This document shows positions 1 to 13,100 of a stretch of DNA of 64,000 nucleotides, one piece after another; the first letter of the stretch is position 1; every line of letters starts with the position of its first letter. Both the position numbers and the translations under genes were made by a program. Origin of the DNA: Phaeosaccion multiseriatum (lineage: Eukaryota > Protista > Ochrophyta, other classes); contig OZ218959.1 in assembly GCA_965112735.1 (NCBI GenBank), positions 1,736,001 through 1,800,000 on the forward strand, read 5' to 3'. The notes beneath the pieces are model-generated. The model ran no database searches, was not told the origin of the DNA, and saw only the letters and a list, made by a program, of their open reading frames with translations.

Positions 1-305
1 GTGTATGCGTATGTATTCCACAAGGGAGGGGGGGAGGGAGGGATAGAGGCGCAGGATGAGAAGGAGGAGGAGGATGGAGGAGAAGATGAAAAAGGAGGAG
101 GATAAGCGAGGAGGAGGAGGAGGAGGAGGAGGAGGAGGAGGAGCAGGCGGAGGAGGAGAATGAGGAGGCTGCGACAAGACAAAAGGACAAGCAAGATAGG
201 GCGTGAGCGTACCCATCTACACGTCTCTTATCTACATGTAGTGTCTTGATGTAACTGTGTAATTGTGAGTGTCTACATGTAACCGAATGTAACCGAATGA
301 ACTCA

Positions 306-1175
306 CGTGCCACTCCTCTTGAATGCCTCGTAGTAGGGAGAGGCCAGAGCAGTGGCCCGATCGGGCGCCAGGAGGAAGTAAATGCGCTTCTGCTCGGGAG
401 TGCAGCGCCCAACGTAGTCATCGAGGCTACACAGCTCACCAGGAGAGCTGAGGGAGGGAGGGTGAGGGAGGGGGGGAGAGAGGATGAGGGACAGGGGGGA
501 AAGGGAGGGAGGGGAGGGGAAGAGAGGGAGGGAGGGAGAAGGGGGAGAGGGAGGGTGAGGAAAAGAGGGAGAGAGAGGAAGGGTGAGGGACGGAGGGGAA
601 CGGGAGAGAGAGGGAGGCGGGGGAGGAAGACACAGCAGGGAGGGAGAGAAGAGAGAGAGAGAGAGGAGAGGGAGAGAGATGAGAGAAAGAGAAGAGGGGG
701 AGAGAGGAGAGAGAGACAGAGGGAAGCGAGAGAAGAGGGAGACAGAGAGGGAGAGGGAGTGAGGGACAGGGAGAGTACGGTACCTCTTGTTGGTCTCGAA
801 GAGAAGGAGCTGTGCGATGTCCCTTTGGCTTTCGTAGTCCTGACACGCACCCTCCTTCAGAAACGCGCTGTACTCGCCCCAAAAGTCCTTGTACTGCTCA
901 GGGAGGCAGGTGGGTAGGAAGGAAGGAAGGAAGGAAGGAAGGAAGATAGGTACGTAGGTAGGTAGGTAGGAAGGTCGATAGGAAGGTTGGGTACGTAGGA
1001 AAAGGTAGGAAGGTAGGGGGGTAGGCAAGTAGGTAGGTACGTATGGTGGACGAGGAGAAAGGGAGGGGAGGGACGTGAAGGGAGTTTCAGTATCAGTTCA
1101 TTGACCCTATTCAATACCACCCCCCCCCCCCTCTCCTCCTCCTCCTCCTCCTCCTCCTCCTCCTCCTCCTCCTCG

Positions 1176-1214
<39 letters not shown>

Positions 1215-2948
1215 TCACCTTGTCGATGTTCCTCTTCTTCATATCTTGCAAGTGCCGAATGACCTTTCGGGTGAGCACTCTGTTTAGTTTCTTGATGAGG
1301 GCTGAGTCCTGGGCAGTCTCACGGGACAGGCTCAAGGGAAGGTCTTCGCTGTCCACCACACCCTGTTATGGTGTTGGCGGGATGGCAGTGGATGGAGGTG
1401 GGTGAAGAAAGAAGAAAGGAAGGAAAGACCCAGTACGACAAGCCACGACGCAACGCCGAAAAGGCCAATGTCGACGAAGATGAGGAGGCGGAAACAAGAG
1501 GGCACGATGGGGGATGGGAGGATGCAGAGGGGGGAAGAAGCAAGCATATGAAGCAAAGACTGAGTGAGAAGGCTAGGCAACCACTCAATCGCCTCTACTC
1601 CACACCCCACTCCTCCTTCTCCTGCTCCTCCTCCTGCTCCTCCTCCTCCTCTTCCTCCTCCTGCTCCTCCTGCTCCTCCTCCTCCTCTTCCTCCTCCTCC
1701 TCCTCCTCCTCCTCCTCCTCCTCCTCCTCCTCCTCCTCCTCCTCCTTTTTTCCCTCCCCCACCGCCTGCTCCTCCCCCCCTTCCTCCTCCTTTCCCCCCT
1801 CCCCCACCGCCTGCTCCTCCCCCCCTTCCTCCTCCCTCCTTACCCTGATGAAGCGCAGCCACTCGGGCAGTATGTCGGGGTTTTTGGCGTCCACAAGCAC
1901 CTTGCGACAATACAGACTCACTCCCGGCTCCAACCTCCCCATTCCGAGCTTCTCTGCGTGGAACTCTGGGATGAAGAAGAGAGCCTTGAGTTCCAGGGGG
2001 GCGTCCATTCGGAAGTGCAGGCGGTCACGGGGGGAGTCCATCGTGTGGTTGATGAACTGGATGGGGAGTGAAAGGTTGGGGTGGGGGGTAAGGGTGGGTA
2101 AGGGGAGGCAGGCAAGACATGTCCAATGGTTCTTCCCAGCACTACCCCCACCCTCTCCCCTCTACAGATCGATAGTGAAACACCATGCCGTACCATACAG
2201 TACTATACCGTACCATACTGTACCATACCGTACCATACCGTACCAAACCGTAGCATATCGTACCATACCGTACCATACAGTACCATGCCGTACCATACAG
2301 TACCATAGAGTACAGTAACACACCGTACCAAACCGTAGCATACCGTACCATACCGTACCAAACCGTAGGATATCGTACCATATAGTACCATACAGTACCA
2401 TGCCGTACCATACAGTACCATAGAGTACAGTAACACACCGTACCAAACCGTAGCATACCGTACCATACAGTATCAAACCGTAGGATATCGTACCATACCG
2501 TACCATACAGTACCATACAGTACCATACCGTACCAAACCGTACCAAACCGTGCCATACCGTACCTGGTAAAACTCTTTGTACTTGTCCTCGTCAACTTCG
2601 TTGGGCATCTTACTCCACAGGGCCTCCACAGTGTTAACCGTCTAGGAGGAGGAGGAGGAGGGAAAAGGAGAAGGGGGCGGGGAGAGGAGGAGGAGGAGGA
2701 GGAGGAGGAGGAGGAGGGGGAGGAGGAGGAGAGGGGGGGGGGGGGGAGGAGTGGGGAGTGGGGGGGGGGGTAAGGGAGGCCACAGAAACGAGCGTGTTTG
2801 GAGGAAGGAATGCCACAACAGACAGAGGAGAGCAAGTATGAATTGGGTATAAGGCGCCTCATGAATCACAAAGCTGACACTAAAACTGAAACACACGAAC
2901 CACTAATCTGTGCGCGTATATATGTGTTGGAGCAGCATGTGTTTATGC

Positions 2949-3016
<68 letters not shown>

Positions 3017-5550
3017 GAGTGTGGGCCTCACTGTAGCTCGAAAGAGGCCACTGCCAGGCCTCCGAGATGTTCGCAAGGCCCTCCTTTCCCCCTCCAGCAG
3101 CCACACAGAGAGCGGTCACCGACACCGAGTAGAGGATGAGGGGCGTGCTGTGTTTGGGAGGTGCCAGGTCGAGCTTCGGTGGTCACCCTTAGCCCAACCT
3201 CCCCCCCCCCAACCAAGCGTCTCCCATCTCTGACCCGCTCCTTTGTCCCGCCTCTTGTCAGTTACAGGTTTATGGGTTTGTTCTAGTCTAAATCTCGGGA
3301 ACAAAGAGAAATGAAGGTTGAGAAGGGAAAGAGGCATTTTCCTGTGACTTTACGGGTCCGTAGGTCGCGTAAAGAAAGAACAAGAAGCCCCCCCCGTCAC
3401 CCCCCCTCCCTCTCTCTCCCTGGCGAGGAGGGGCTCGGACACGGAGGAACGTTCCTCACCGTCGCCAGTCGAGAGAGTGCCGTTTGACTGCGGGCACCCC
3501 CTCAGAGCCGGAATTCCCTTCTTTACTCAACTCACTCACTCAACTCACACACACACTCACTCACTCACTCACTCACTCCCACACTCACTCACTCACTCAC
3601 TCACTCACTCACCCACTCACTCACTGCCTGACTGACTCCCTCCCTCCCTCACTCCCTGACTCACTCACTAACTCACAGGCTCACTCACTAACTCACAGGC
3701 TCGCTCACTCACTCACTCACTCACTCACTCACTCACTCACTCGCTCACTCACTCACTCACTCACTCACTCACTCACTCACTTACTCACTCACTTACTCAC
3801 TCACTCACACGCCCACCCACTCACTCACACGCCCACCCACTCACTCACTCACACGCCCACTCACTCACTCAATTGCTCCTTCGCGCCCACACTCACTCAC
3901 ACAGACTCACTTCCAGACTACCCAATCACTTACCCACTCATTCGCTTACAAATCCCCACTTTACCCCACTCACACTAGTCTCTCCATCCGTCACACCCTC
4001 CCTCCCTTCCTCCTCCCCCCCTCCCTCCCTTACCTCTCCATTGAGTTTGATGGGCACCCCGACAAAGTTGGAGTACTTCTTCACAACCTTTTCCACCGCT
4101 GCCTGTCAAGGCAAGGCATGGCAAGGCACAGCAAGCGAGGGGGGGGGGGGGGGGGGGTCTTACGTACGTCACCCTTAAGTGCCATCTATGCGTGCCAAAA
4201 AGTAACGACTTCGTCGGCCGAATGAGGGAGGGAGGGGTGCTGCTCGAGACAGAGATTAAACGACACGACCGCCGAAGCATGCAGCCAAGCTTGGGCCGCT
4301 ATATAAGGGAGCAAGCTAAGCTAAGCTAAGATAGCATAAGCTAAGACAAGCTAAGATACGGCCAGGTAAGGCAAGATAGGTATGTGTGTATGTAACTGAC
4401 CTTGTCTGCGTACTTGCTGGAGCCCTCCTTCAGGTGCATGACGATTTTGCAGCCCCGGCGCAGCTCCGCCACCTCGGAGTCAGGCACGTCGCCAACTGTA
4501 AACTGCCCTTCTCACGCACGCACACACATACATACACATAATACACATATTACACATACACACACAGAGAGGGAGGGAGGAAAGAAAAAGGCAGTCAGTA
4601 CACTCAAGTCATCGCATACAGAGCGGAGACCCGAGCACGTGCCTGCCTGCCAGCACGAGCTCTATCGTGCTCCAAGTATGTTTCGCCCACTTCCGCTGGG
4701 CAACACCGTAAGAATGCTGGGTGCGTAGAATTCCCCTCTGTAGTATGTCCCTCCCTCCCTCTCTGTATATCTCTCTGTCTGTCTGTCATTCACTACTCAC
4801 CACTGCCATCGCTCGTCCATAGCGAGCAGGACCCATCTTTGGCGCTGCGGCTGTACACACTCACCTGCCCGCACAGAGGAGAGGAGAGGTAAGAGAGTCA
4901 CAGATGAGGCACTTATGGACTCACACCAGGCACTGACTGGCTGACTGACTGATTGACTGACCCCAGGCACTGACTGACACCAGGCACTGACTGACACCAG
5001 GCACTGACTGACAACAGGCACTGACTGACTGACACCAGGTACTGACTAACTGACTAACTGACTAGCTGACTAGCTGACTCATTGACTAGCTGACTCATTG
5101 ACTTACCCTGTCCGACACCATAAAGGCCGAGTAGAAGCCCACACCAAACTGCCCAATTATACCCTCGAGCCCTCCCGCCGCCTCCGCCCCTCCCCCTGCA
5201 GCCCCTGCCTCCCCCTCTGCTGCCATCTCCTTGAGGAATGCCTTGGAGCCGGACCGAGCTATAGTGCCCAGGTTGTCCACGAGCTCCTCCCGAGTCATAC
5301 CCACGCCCGTGTCCTCAATAGTGAGCGTACCGGCATCAGAGTCCACAGAGATGCAAATCTCCAGAGGGGTGGATGATGATGATGATGATGGTGAGGAGGA
5401 TACTTCATCGGGTATCTGGCCCGCTACTTGGAGGTGTCGAAGCTTCTCCATGGCGTCGCTTGCGTTGCTGATGAGCTCTCTTAAGAACACCTGCGAAAAG
5501 TCGTATAGTGGCAGTGGATGTGGACGACACATCGGGCATTTGCCCGGGCC

Positions 5551-5602
<52 letters not shown>

Positions 5603-6349
5603 TAAGGACACCATGCTAGATGCCGCTCACTGTTTCAGGTTATTAGCCCACCCTTGTTGCCTCACCTCCTTGTCTGTGTAGATGGAGTGCGTGACGATAT
5701 CAAGGAGCTGCCTTGTCTCTGCCTTGAACTCGATGGTCTGCGCCAATAAGTGGTGGACATGGAGATTGGGACATTAGTCTCGTCTATCGGCCCAAGACGT
5801 CGAGTCGAGGAAGAAGGCGACCAGATGCAGAACCATTGATTTGCAGCGGCGAATTTAGCAGATGGAATTTAGTCTCCACTCCCCCCCACCTCTCTCTGCA
5901 AGCGCGGCACAAACGAAGTGACAAAGCCGCCCCATTCTCTCCAAAACTATAGGCACGAGCACACCATCCATTGTCTCCATCGGAAGCCCCACCAGGCCAG
6001 GGTTGACCACCTCGCTGCCTCCCCCCCCAAAACCCAGTCCCGCGCCCACCTCTTGGGCAGCAGCGCTCTCCCCCGGCGCCGAAGAAGAGAAGGCCCTTCC
6101 TCCTTGAAGGAAGCTTGACGCCGTGAAGGGCTGAGACTGGTGGAGAGCACTGCAACCGCAGTCACCGCGCTTGCCCCTGGGCCCGTGGCTGCTGCTGTTG
6201 CGGCCACAACCCCACGTGGCGGAGGAAGCAGCGCATCGCGCGGCAGCTACCGATGCGGGCTCTGCGCGGGCCGCTGCGACTCCTGCAGCTGCTGCAGCCG
6301 TCCTGCGACTCACCACCCTGGCGCCTCCTTGTGTAAGGCGAAGCATCAT
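306..6349 (-). CDS. TRAP1: Mitochondrial Hsp90 (TRAP1/Hsp75), multi-exon; the 3' end continues beyond position 1
   Basis: Approximate spliced exons: 6349-6050 (Arg/Ala-rich presequence MMLRLTQGG...), 5737-5666 ([24 protein letters not shown]), 5490-5107 ([13 protein letters not shown]...IEDTGVGM...[12 protein letters not shown]...[15 protein letters not shown]), 4863-4799, 4506-4401, 4102-4034 (KKYSNFV), 2642-2564, 2056-1844 ([17 protein letters not shown]), 1362-1218 ([15 protein letters not shown]), 895-784, 440-308. GT-AG boundaries. The signatures are classic Hsp90 ATPase and middle-domain motifs, and the charged linker is absent as in TRAP1. Confidence 0.93.
2180..2563. repeat. Degenerate pentamer satellite (GTACC/ATACC/ATACA) inside a TRAP1 intron
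   Basis: Directly visible ccgtaccata/cagtaccata array with a longer internal duplication. Confidence 0.9.
3020..3520 (-). ncRNA. Candidate structured intronic RNA (family unassigned) in a TRAP1 intron
   Basis: About 500 nt of non-repetitive sequence between (GT)n and (CACT)n tracts, with about 9 short inverted-repeat stems and no Hsp90-coding role. Confidence 0.3.
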
Positions 6350-6465
6350 TTTTTTTTCTCTCTTTGGATTTCGGGCTTGGATCTGAAATTGAAGGCGAAT
6401 GAGCTGAGACCAAACTCTGATGCCCATAAGCCCCTAAATGGCGGTTTCAACAATTGCAGCGGGGG

Positions 6466-6707
6466 GAGCCTTCTTGAACACCGATCGGTAAGGTGGGAAG
6501 TGCTTTTAAAGTTGCTCCTGTTGTGCATGCTACCCCCATAGAGGCAAAGGTAGTCGCACGAGCAAGCTTGCCCCTGGCAGTTTCAACAAAATAGGAGGAA
6601 TTTTAGCGTAGGGGAGCCATCTTGAACACCGATCGGGAGCTTACATCTTGCCCCTGTTGTACATGCTACCCCCATATTGGCAAAGATAGCCGCACGAGCA
6701 AGCTTGT
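6466..6707. repeat. Degenerate ~140-bp direct duplication in the divergent TRAP1/ORF promoter
   Basis: Blocks tcttgaacaccgatcgg (~6472, ~6619), ctgttgt(g/a)catgctacccccata (~6518, ~6654) and cgcacgagcaagcttg (~6555, ~6691) recur in the same order. Confidence 0.8.
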
Positions 6708-6833
6708 GTCCGTCTTGCATCGCCCAAACTCGAAGCTCTTTTGGAATAGAGTCGACAAGGGAAATACTCAACAAGACAAAGGAAAGACCAACAAAGGCAC
6801 AAGCATCGACAAGCAGAGATACATTCACAGAGC

Positions 6834-8246
6834 ATGAAGGGTCAGAGAGCAGTTCAGTTCTGCGAGAAAAACGCAAGGATGGAAGCAGCAGGGGTGCCTG
6901 CGGGGGGAAGGGAGTTCTGGGCTCTCTCCCATCACGCCCGCCGAACGAGCCCCCTTTTTGATGTGTACGAGGAGAGCAGCGAGGACGGAGAGGGAGACAC
7001 CAATCGGGAGGACAGTCAGAGCGAGACCCCGCCTTCGCGGAGGATGGAAGACGTTTTGCATTCAGGCTCGTCCTACTTCTGCGACGAGCTCGACGAACTC
7101 GAACTTCCTCGGGAGGGCAGGGCCTTCTCCGCACCCGAGGCAGGCTACAGCATGGATCAGAGTTTCGTTGTGGGCGTGGGCTGCTCTCGTTTCATTCGGG
7201 GCTTGGAGATCGACCCCGACGACGCCAGCAACGGCGAGAGCGACGACCCACAACATGAGGGCGGCGCGTCAGCCCCAGTCCCACGAGGGGCGGAGTTTCC
7301 GCTGCAACCCCCACTGCAGCGCTTCAGAGTTGCCTACAACACCACCGACGCCTTCCCCACAGCCAAGCGAGCTCCAGAAGGCTCAGCAGGCAAGCGCAAA
7401 CGAGTGGTGACCGCCCCTCGCACCCATTCGGTGTTCCAGAGCCTCACGCGTCGCATGCCGGACTTGGTTCCCCGGCCGCATGGTGGCGCAGACCGCCCCT
7501 CGGGGCCCAGTTCCCCTGATTGGAGTGCGGGGGCAAGTCATGGCGATGGCTCGGACGCAGGTCGGTCGAAAGAAGACCAACAACACTTCGAAGCACCAAC
7601 CTCGCCGCACTTTCAGTACGAGAAGCGGCAGGAGCACCAGCGGAAGCTGGACCACGTCTGGCGCGTGTCCACATCCTCCTCGTCCTCGCAAGACACCGAC
7701 GAGACAACGTGTCCATCGCCCATGTCTAGCAGCGGCGGCGGCGGTAGCACTGGCAGCACTTCTTCCAACACACCGAAGCAGAACTGGGCGGTGGAGTCAC
7801 GGCATCAGCAGCCTCACCCCGCCCGCCACCGCTGGTGGAGACGGATTCATCTATCAGGCGCCGGGCAGATCCTTCCCCTGGCGGAGTTGGATATGAGCTC
7901 ACCAACACACTGTCTACATGGCACATCAGCATCCAGCGTCGTGTCGAGCGGTACGAATGGGTCGGACTCGGGCTCGGAACAACAAGCGCGTACCCAACGG
8001 GCAAATAGCTCGTGCCTTCCGCTGCCATCGTCGTACTCCATCATGACGCTCGCTGAAGCACACGCTCTCCAGCAAGCTGGAAAAACAAGGCGGGGCTCGT
8101 CGCCCGTAGGAGGAGGAGGAGGAAGAGGAAGAATAAGAGGGGGACCAGCAGGCTTCTTCTCTCTTTTGAAGCACATTCCCAGCCATTTCCATCGCCACAC
8201 ACATGAGCATCCGAGGACGGCCTTAGCCAACAGGACCACGACTTGA
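6834..8246 (+). CDS. Hypothetical intronless Ser-rich, probably disordered protein (470 aa)
   Basis: Long non-repetitive ATG ORF with GC3-rich codons, head-to-head with TRAP1. No recognisable domain; the start could be a downstream Met. Confidence 0.6.
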   Translation: MKGQRAVQFCEKNARMEAAGVPAGGREFWALSHHARRTSPLFDVYEESSEDGEGDTNREDSQSETPPSRRMEDVLHSGSSYFCDELDELELPREGRAFSAPEAGYSMDQSFVVGVGCSRFIRGLEIDPDDASNGESDDPQHEGGASAPVPRGAEFPLQPPLQRFRVAYNTTDAFPTAKRAPEGSAGKRKRVVTAPRTHSVFQSLTRRMPDLVPRPHGGADRPSGPSSPDWSAGASHGDGSDAGRSKEDQQHFEAPTSPHFQYEKRQEHQRKLDHVWRVSTSSSSSQDTDETTCPSPMSSSGGGGSTGSTSSNTPKQNWAVESRHQQPHPARHRWWRRIHLSGAGQILPLAELDMSSPTHCLHGTSASSVVSSGTNGSDSGSEQQARTQRANSSCLPLPSSYSIMTLAEAHALQQAGKTRRGSSPVGGGGGRGRIRGGPAGFFSLLKHIPSHFHRHTHEHPRTALANRTTT

Positions 8247-8292
8247 GGGCCTCCTGCCCCCTCGTCGTATGTACATGTGTGTGTGCGTGTGC

Positions 8293-8335
<43 letters not shown>

Positions 8336-9117
8336 TGTGTGTTCGTACGGTTGTCGACCAGCCGTGGGCCACTATACACTACCCAAACGTGATTTTTACC
8401 CAAACTGGATTGGATATCCAGAGGGAAGCTGTGCTTCATGAAATAGTCATCAGAGTTAGCTTAGCTTTAGTAAGACACAAGGGGAGAGAGATTTTGAGTA
8501 GGTGTGTAAGTGTAGGAACATCAGAACTTTTTTTTTTTTTCACAGACAGTAGTACTTACATGCATTAAACACAATCTAAGAAGGTGAACCGATGTTGAAT
8601 CTCTCGGATGATTGGCCGGGGGGGGGGCAACTGCATGTTTGTGCATACGGGCCAGGCAAACACGTATGTTAAGAGTCGTACCTTTGTCTTTCTTTTTTAC
8701 TTGACCGGTGTTGACTTATTGTCAACATCAGTACTCCCATATCGACAGCAATTGCTGACATTATATGTTGTACTGAGTGAGAGAAATGGAGTGAGCGGCC
8801 GCGCCTCAAGAGGGTTGATCGGTTGGCGGGGGGGGGGGAAGGGTAGTAAGTCACTGAGTAGAATGAATCGGGCCCCCCCGGGCCGACGCATAGAGTATAA
8901 ATCCTATCCTATTTGGGGTCAGCCCCATTTGCGGCGCTTCCTTTCAAAATACGTACAAGTGTAGTACTTGTAAAAAACAAGAAAAAAAAAAGGAGAAAAA
9001 AAAAAAAAAAAAAGAGAAAAGAGGGGATTTTTTACTTTTATACCAAGGATGGCAATGGATGGCGCCGGCCGTTGAGAGCGAGGGAACGTAAAGAATCGCT
9101 GGCAGGGAGGGAGAAGG

Positions 9118-10069
9118 ATGAAGACGAAGCTGCTGTGGGACGACATTGTGCCCGAAAAGGAGGGCCAGAAGAAGTCCATCAATGACCTCTGCTTCAGTCC
9201 GGATGGCAAGCAGATGGTGGCCGCCGTGGGCAACCGGGTGCTTGTCTACGAGCCCGATACGGGCGACTTAATTCACAGTCTCAGAGGCCACAAGGATACT
9301 GTGTATAGTGTGGACTACAGCGCCGATGGCACCCGCTTTGCCTCTGGAGGGGCGGACCGCACGGTGATTATCTGGACGAGCGAGGCGGAAGGGATTCTCA
9401 AGTTCTCCCACAATGAGAGCGTTCAGCGTGTCGTGTACAATCCCAAAATCACGGTTCTCGCCAGGTGAGGAGGCGGTAGTGAGGCCAGAGAGCGGGTTGG
9501 TAGGGCTTGCTTTGTCACAGTGGTAAAGTTGTAACAACAGATCTGAAGTTGTCTGCTCCTGCCCCCCCCCCCCCCCTCTCTCTCTCTCTCCCTCCCTCTC
9601 TCTCTCTCTCCCTCTCCCTCTCTCTCTATCTCTCTCTCTCTCTCTCACTCTATAAAACGTTCTCCCCACTGTCTCTTGGCATACTTGCCACCCTACAGCT
9701 GCACCGCCCTGGACTTTGGGCTGTGGAGTCAGGAGCAAAAGAGTGTGAGCAAGCAGAAGGTGCATGCAAAGATCCTCGCCGCAAGCTGGTCCAGAGACGG
9801 GCAGCACATGGCCCTTGGATTCATAGATGGAAAAATCAGCGTCAGGAATATCAAAGGCATAGAGAAGGTGAGGGAGAGAGGGCTGGGGGCGGGGAGTGAG
9901 GGGCAGGGAGAGAGAGAGGAAAGAGAGGGGTAAGGCGGGAGAGGACAACCAAAGGATATGAGAAGAGCAGGAGACTGAGATAGAGGGAAAGCAATACATC
10001 CTATCTATAGGTCTACGTCCCTCCGCCCCGTCCCCAACCAACTCTTGGCGACCCGCCCGCCTTCTCACC

Positions 10070-10112
<43 letters not shown>

Positions 10113-13100
10113 ACACACATACACACACACACACACACGCTTGCTTATCATCGACAGATGACCATCGAACGTAACGCGCCGGTGTGGTGCCTCTCTTGGT
10201 CACCCTCTCCTGAGGAGCCTGAGCTGCTTGCGGTGGGGTGCTGGGACCAGACGCTCTCCTTCTACAAGATGAGCGGCGCACAGCACTTCAAGGACAGGAA
10301 GCTGGGTTTCAACCCGTGCAGGTATGACTTGGCTTGGCTTGGCGTGGCTTGGTGCCATTGGAGATGTCCATGGGGGTGTGCGTGTGTGTGAAGGTGCTGC
10401 GCTTCAAAGTCGAGAACAGGGGTGGGTAGGGATGGGTAGTGGTGAGCCACCGGGCACATGTACATATACATGCACCTGATGCAGAACAACAGTTGCGCAT
10501 CGGTGGGCACACGGATGTGTGTGTGTGTGTGTGTGTGTGCGTGTGTATGCCCTCACCATCCCTAAAACATTTGCCTGACCGCCTTCCACGTGTCTGGTCA
10601 TCGATCTATCGTCCTCTCCCCCTACGTCTCATTAATCTATCGACTTACGTTCTTTCTCTTGCTCGCTTTCTATCGCTCTTTCTATCACTCGCCTGCTCTT
10701 TCTATGAACCATCCAATCGTTCTGTCTGCCAGTGTGAACTACATCAAGGGAGGTGACTTTATTCTCATCGGAGGGAGTGACCGTAAAGCCACTCTGTGCA
10801 CCAAAGAAGGGGTGAAGTTGAGCTGCATCAGGGACAAGAAGGGTTGGGTGTGGGGCTGCTATGGAAGGCCCAAGAGCAACTCCGTGGGGATAGCCTGTGA
10901 CGATGGGAGTATTGAGGTGGTGGACATTGAGTTTCAACCGGTACATAGCCTCTATCGGGAGAGATACGCCTATCGTGAGAACATGACTGACGTCATCGTG
11001 CAGGTACGTGTGTTGGAATACGCTTTGCTATATCAGTCGTCGCCAGAGCTGAGCGAGCAGAGGCACAGAGACACATACACGCGCGCATGAGGATGGGTTC
11101 GGTGCGCGGATTCGTTAATTGTCGCGTTAACGTTGAAGCTGCCCTACTTACTATCCTCCCTCCCTCCCTCCCTCTCTCCCTCCCTCCCTCCCTCCCTCCC
11201 TCTCTCTCCCTCCCTCCCTCCCTCCCTCCCTCCCTCCCTCCCTCCCTCTCTCCCTCTCTCTCCATCCCTCTCTCCCTCCATCCCTCCCTCCCTCCCTCCA
11301 TGTACTGCCGCCCCCCTCTCTCAGCACCTGTACACGGAGCAGAAGGTGCGCATCAAGTGCAGGGATTACGTGCAGCGCATCGCTGTGTATAAGGACCGCC
11401 TCGCAGTGCAGGTACAGTTTCAGTTTTTTGGTACAGTTTCAGTTTCGGTTTGTTGGGTACAATTTCAGTTTCATTGCTGTGTCTATGTTCCGTCTATGGG
11501 TTCAGTGCTTTGGGTACAGTTAACCCCCCGTTCACCCCCCCCCCCCCCCCCCCATCCACTGCCATCCCCCCTCAGCTGCCCGACAAGGTGTACATTTACG
11601 AAGACGACTCTGCCGACCTCCACTATCGCGTCAAGGACAAGTTTTACATCCCCCCTGGAGCCTGCCGGGGACACCTCATGGTAACGAGCACGCTTGTGGT
11701 GCTGTGCGAGGGCAAGAGACTTGAGCTCTACGCCTTCAAGGGCCTCAAGGTGAGATACGTGGTAGTGGGGGGTGGGAAGGAGGGAGGGACGGAGGGACAG
11801 AGGGAGGGAGGGAGGGAGGGAGGGAGGGAGGGAGGGAGGGAGGGGGGGAGGGGGGGAGGGAGGGAAGAACGAAGGAAGGAAGGAAGGGAGGGAGGGAGGG
11901 AGGGAGGGAGGGAGGGAGGGAGGGAGGGAGGGAGGGAGGGACGGAGGGAGGGACGGAGGGAGGGAGGGGCGTGTTGCATGCGTGATGCTTGTGCGTCGTT
12001 TGTATCGTGTGTGTATCACCAACTGCTGTGCGATGCTTTGCTATGCTTTTACCGGGCACCCTTCCCTCCAGGCTCGCGAATGGGTGCTCGACTCGGATGT
12101 GAACCACATTAAGGTGAGAGAGCGAGAGAGAGAGAGAGAGAGATGTACGAGCTTGAAGAAGTCCACTTACACACCTGCTCACTCACTCACTCACACACCC
12201 ACTCACTCACTCACTCACTACTCACTCACCCACTCACCCACTCACTCACTTACTCACTCACTCACTGTCACCCCCACCTCCCCATCCACTGCCACCCTAC
12301 CCCATCCACTGCCATCCCACCTGCTGCCTCCCCCCCTCCCCATCCACTACCATCCCTCCTCCCCATCCACTGCCATCCCCTCCTCCCCATCCACTGCCAC
12401 CCCACCCCATCCACTGCCATCCCTTCCCACCTGCTGCCTCCCCCCCTCCCCATCCACTGCCACCCCCCCCTCCCCATCCACTACCATCCCACCTCCCCAT
12501 CTACTGCCATCCCCACCTCGAAAGGTGTGCGGTGGGCCTGCTGGAGGGGAGGCGCTGCTGCTCGGCCTGCAGAGCGGAGCAGTGCTGCAGGTACGTACGG
12601 ACGTACTTATGTAGGTACTTACGTAAGGGGAAGTATGACGTTACCTAAGGGGCAGTGTGACGCATGGCCCTATCTGGTTAAAGATGGACGAACGCATTGC
12701 CTGCTGCTGCTGCTGGGAGAGAACTCCTCCCTCCCCAACCCCTCCCCCCTTCGCCCTCTCCTTCCCTCTCTCCCTCTCCCCCTACCTCTTCATCCCCCTC
12801 TCCCATTCCCCCTCCACTCTCCTCTCCCCTCCCCCCTTCGTTCTCTCCTTCCCTCTCTCCCTCTCCCCCTCCCCCTCCACGACCCTCTACCCTCCCCCCT
12901 CCCCCCCCTCCTCCACCACCCCCCCCGCCCCCCCCCCCCCTCCCTCTTCATCCCCCTCTCCCGTTCTCCCTCCTCCTCCCCTCCTCCCCACTCCCCTGCC
13001 CTCCTCCCCCCGTGACTCACAGATGTTTGTGGATAACCCATTCCCCATGGAGCTCATCAAGATGAGCAACCCTGTGGTGCACTGTGACCTGTCCCTCATG

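Noticed and set aside
3120-3190. Possible U3 snoRNA (AGAGGATGAG) or SRP RNA (CCAGGTCG) match
   Set aside because: The partner motifs (U3 boxes A/B/D; SRP GNRA loop + AGCAG) were not found, so no family is assigned.
12282-12512. Repeat arrays resembling CRISPR (also 19253-19490, 33258-33355, 50640-51072)
   Set aside because: Tandem units without unique spacers, in eukaryotic introns, with no cas genes.
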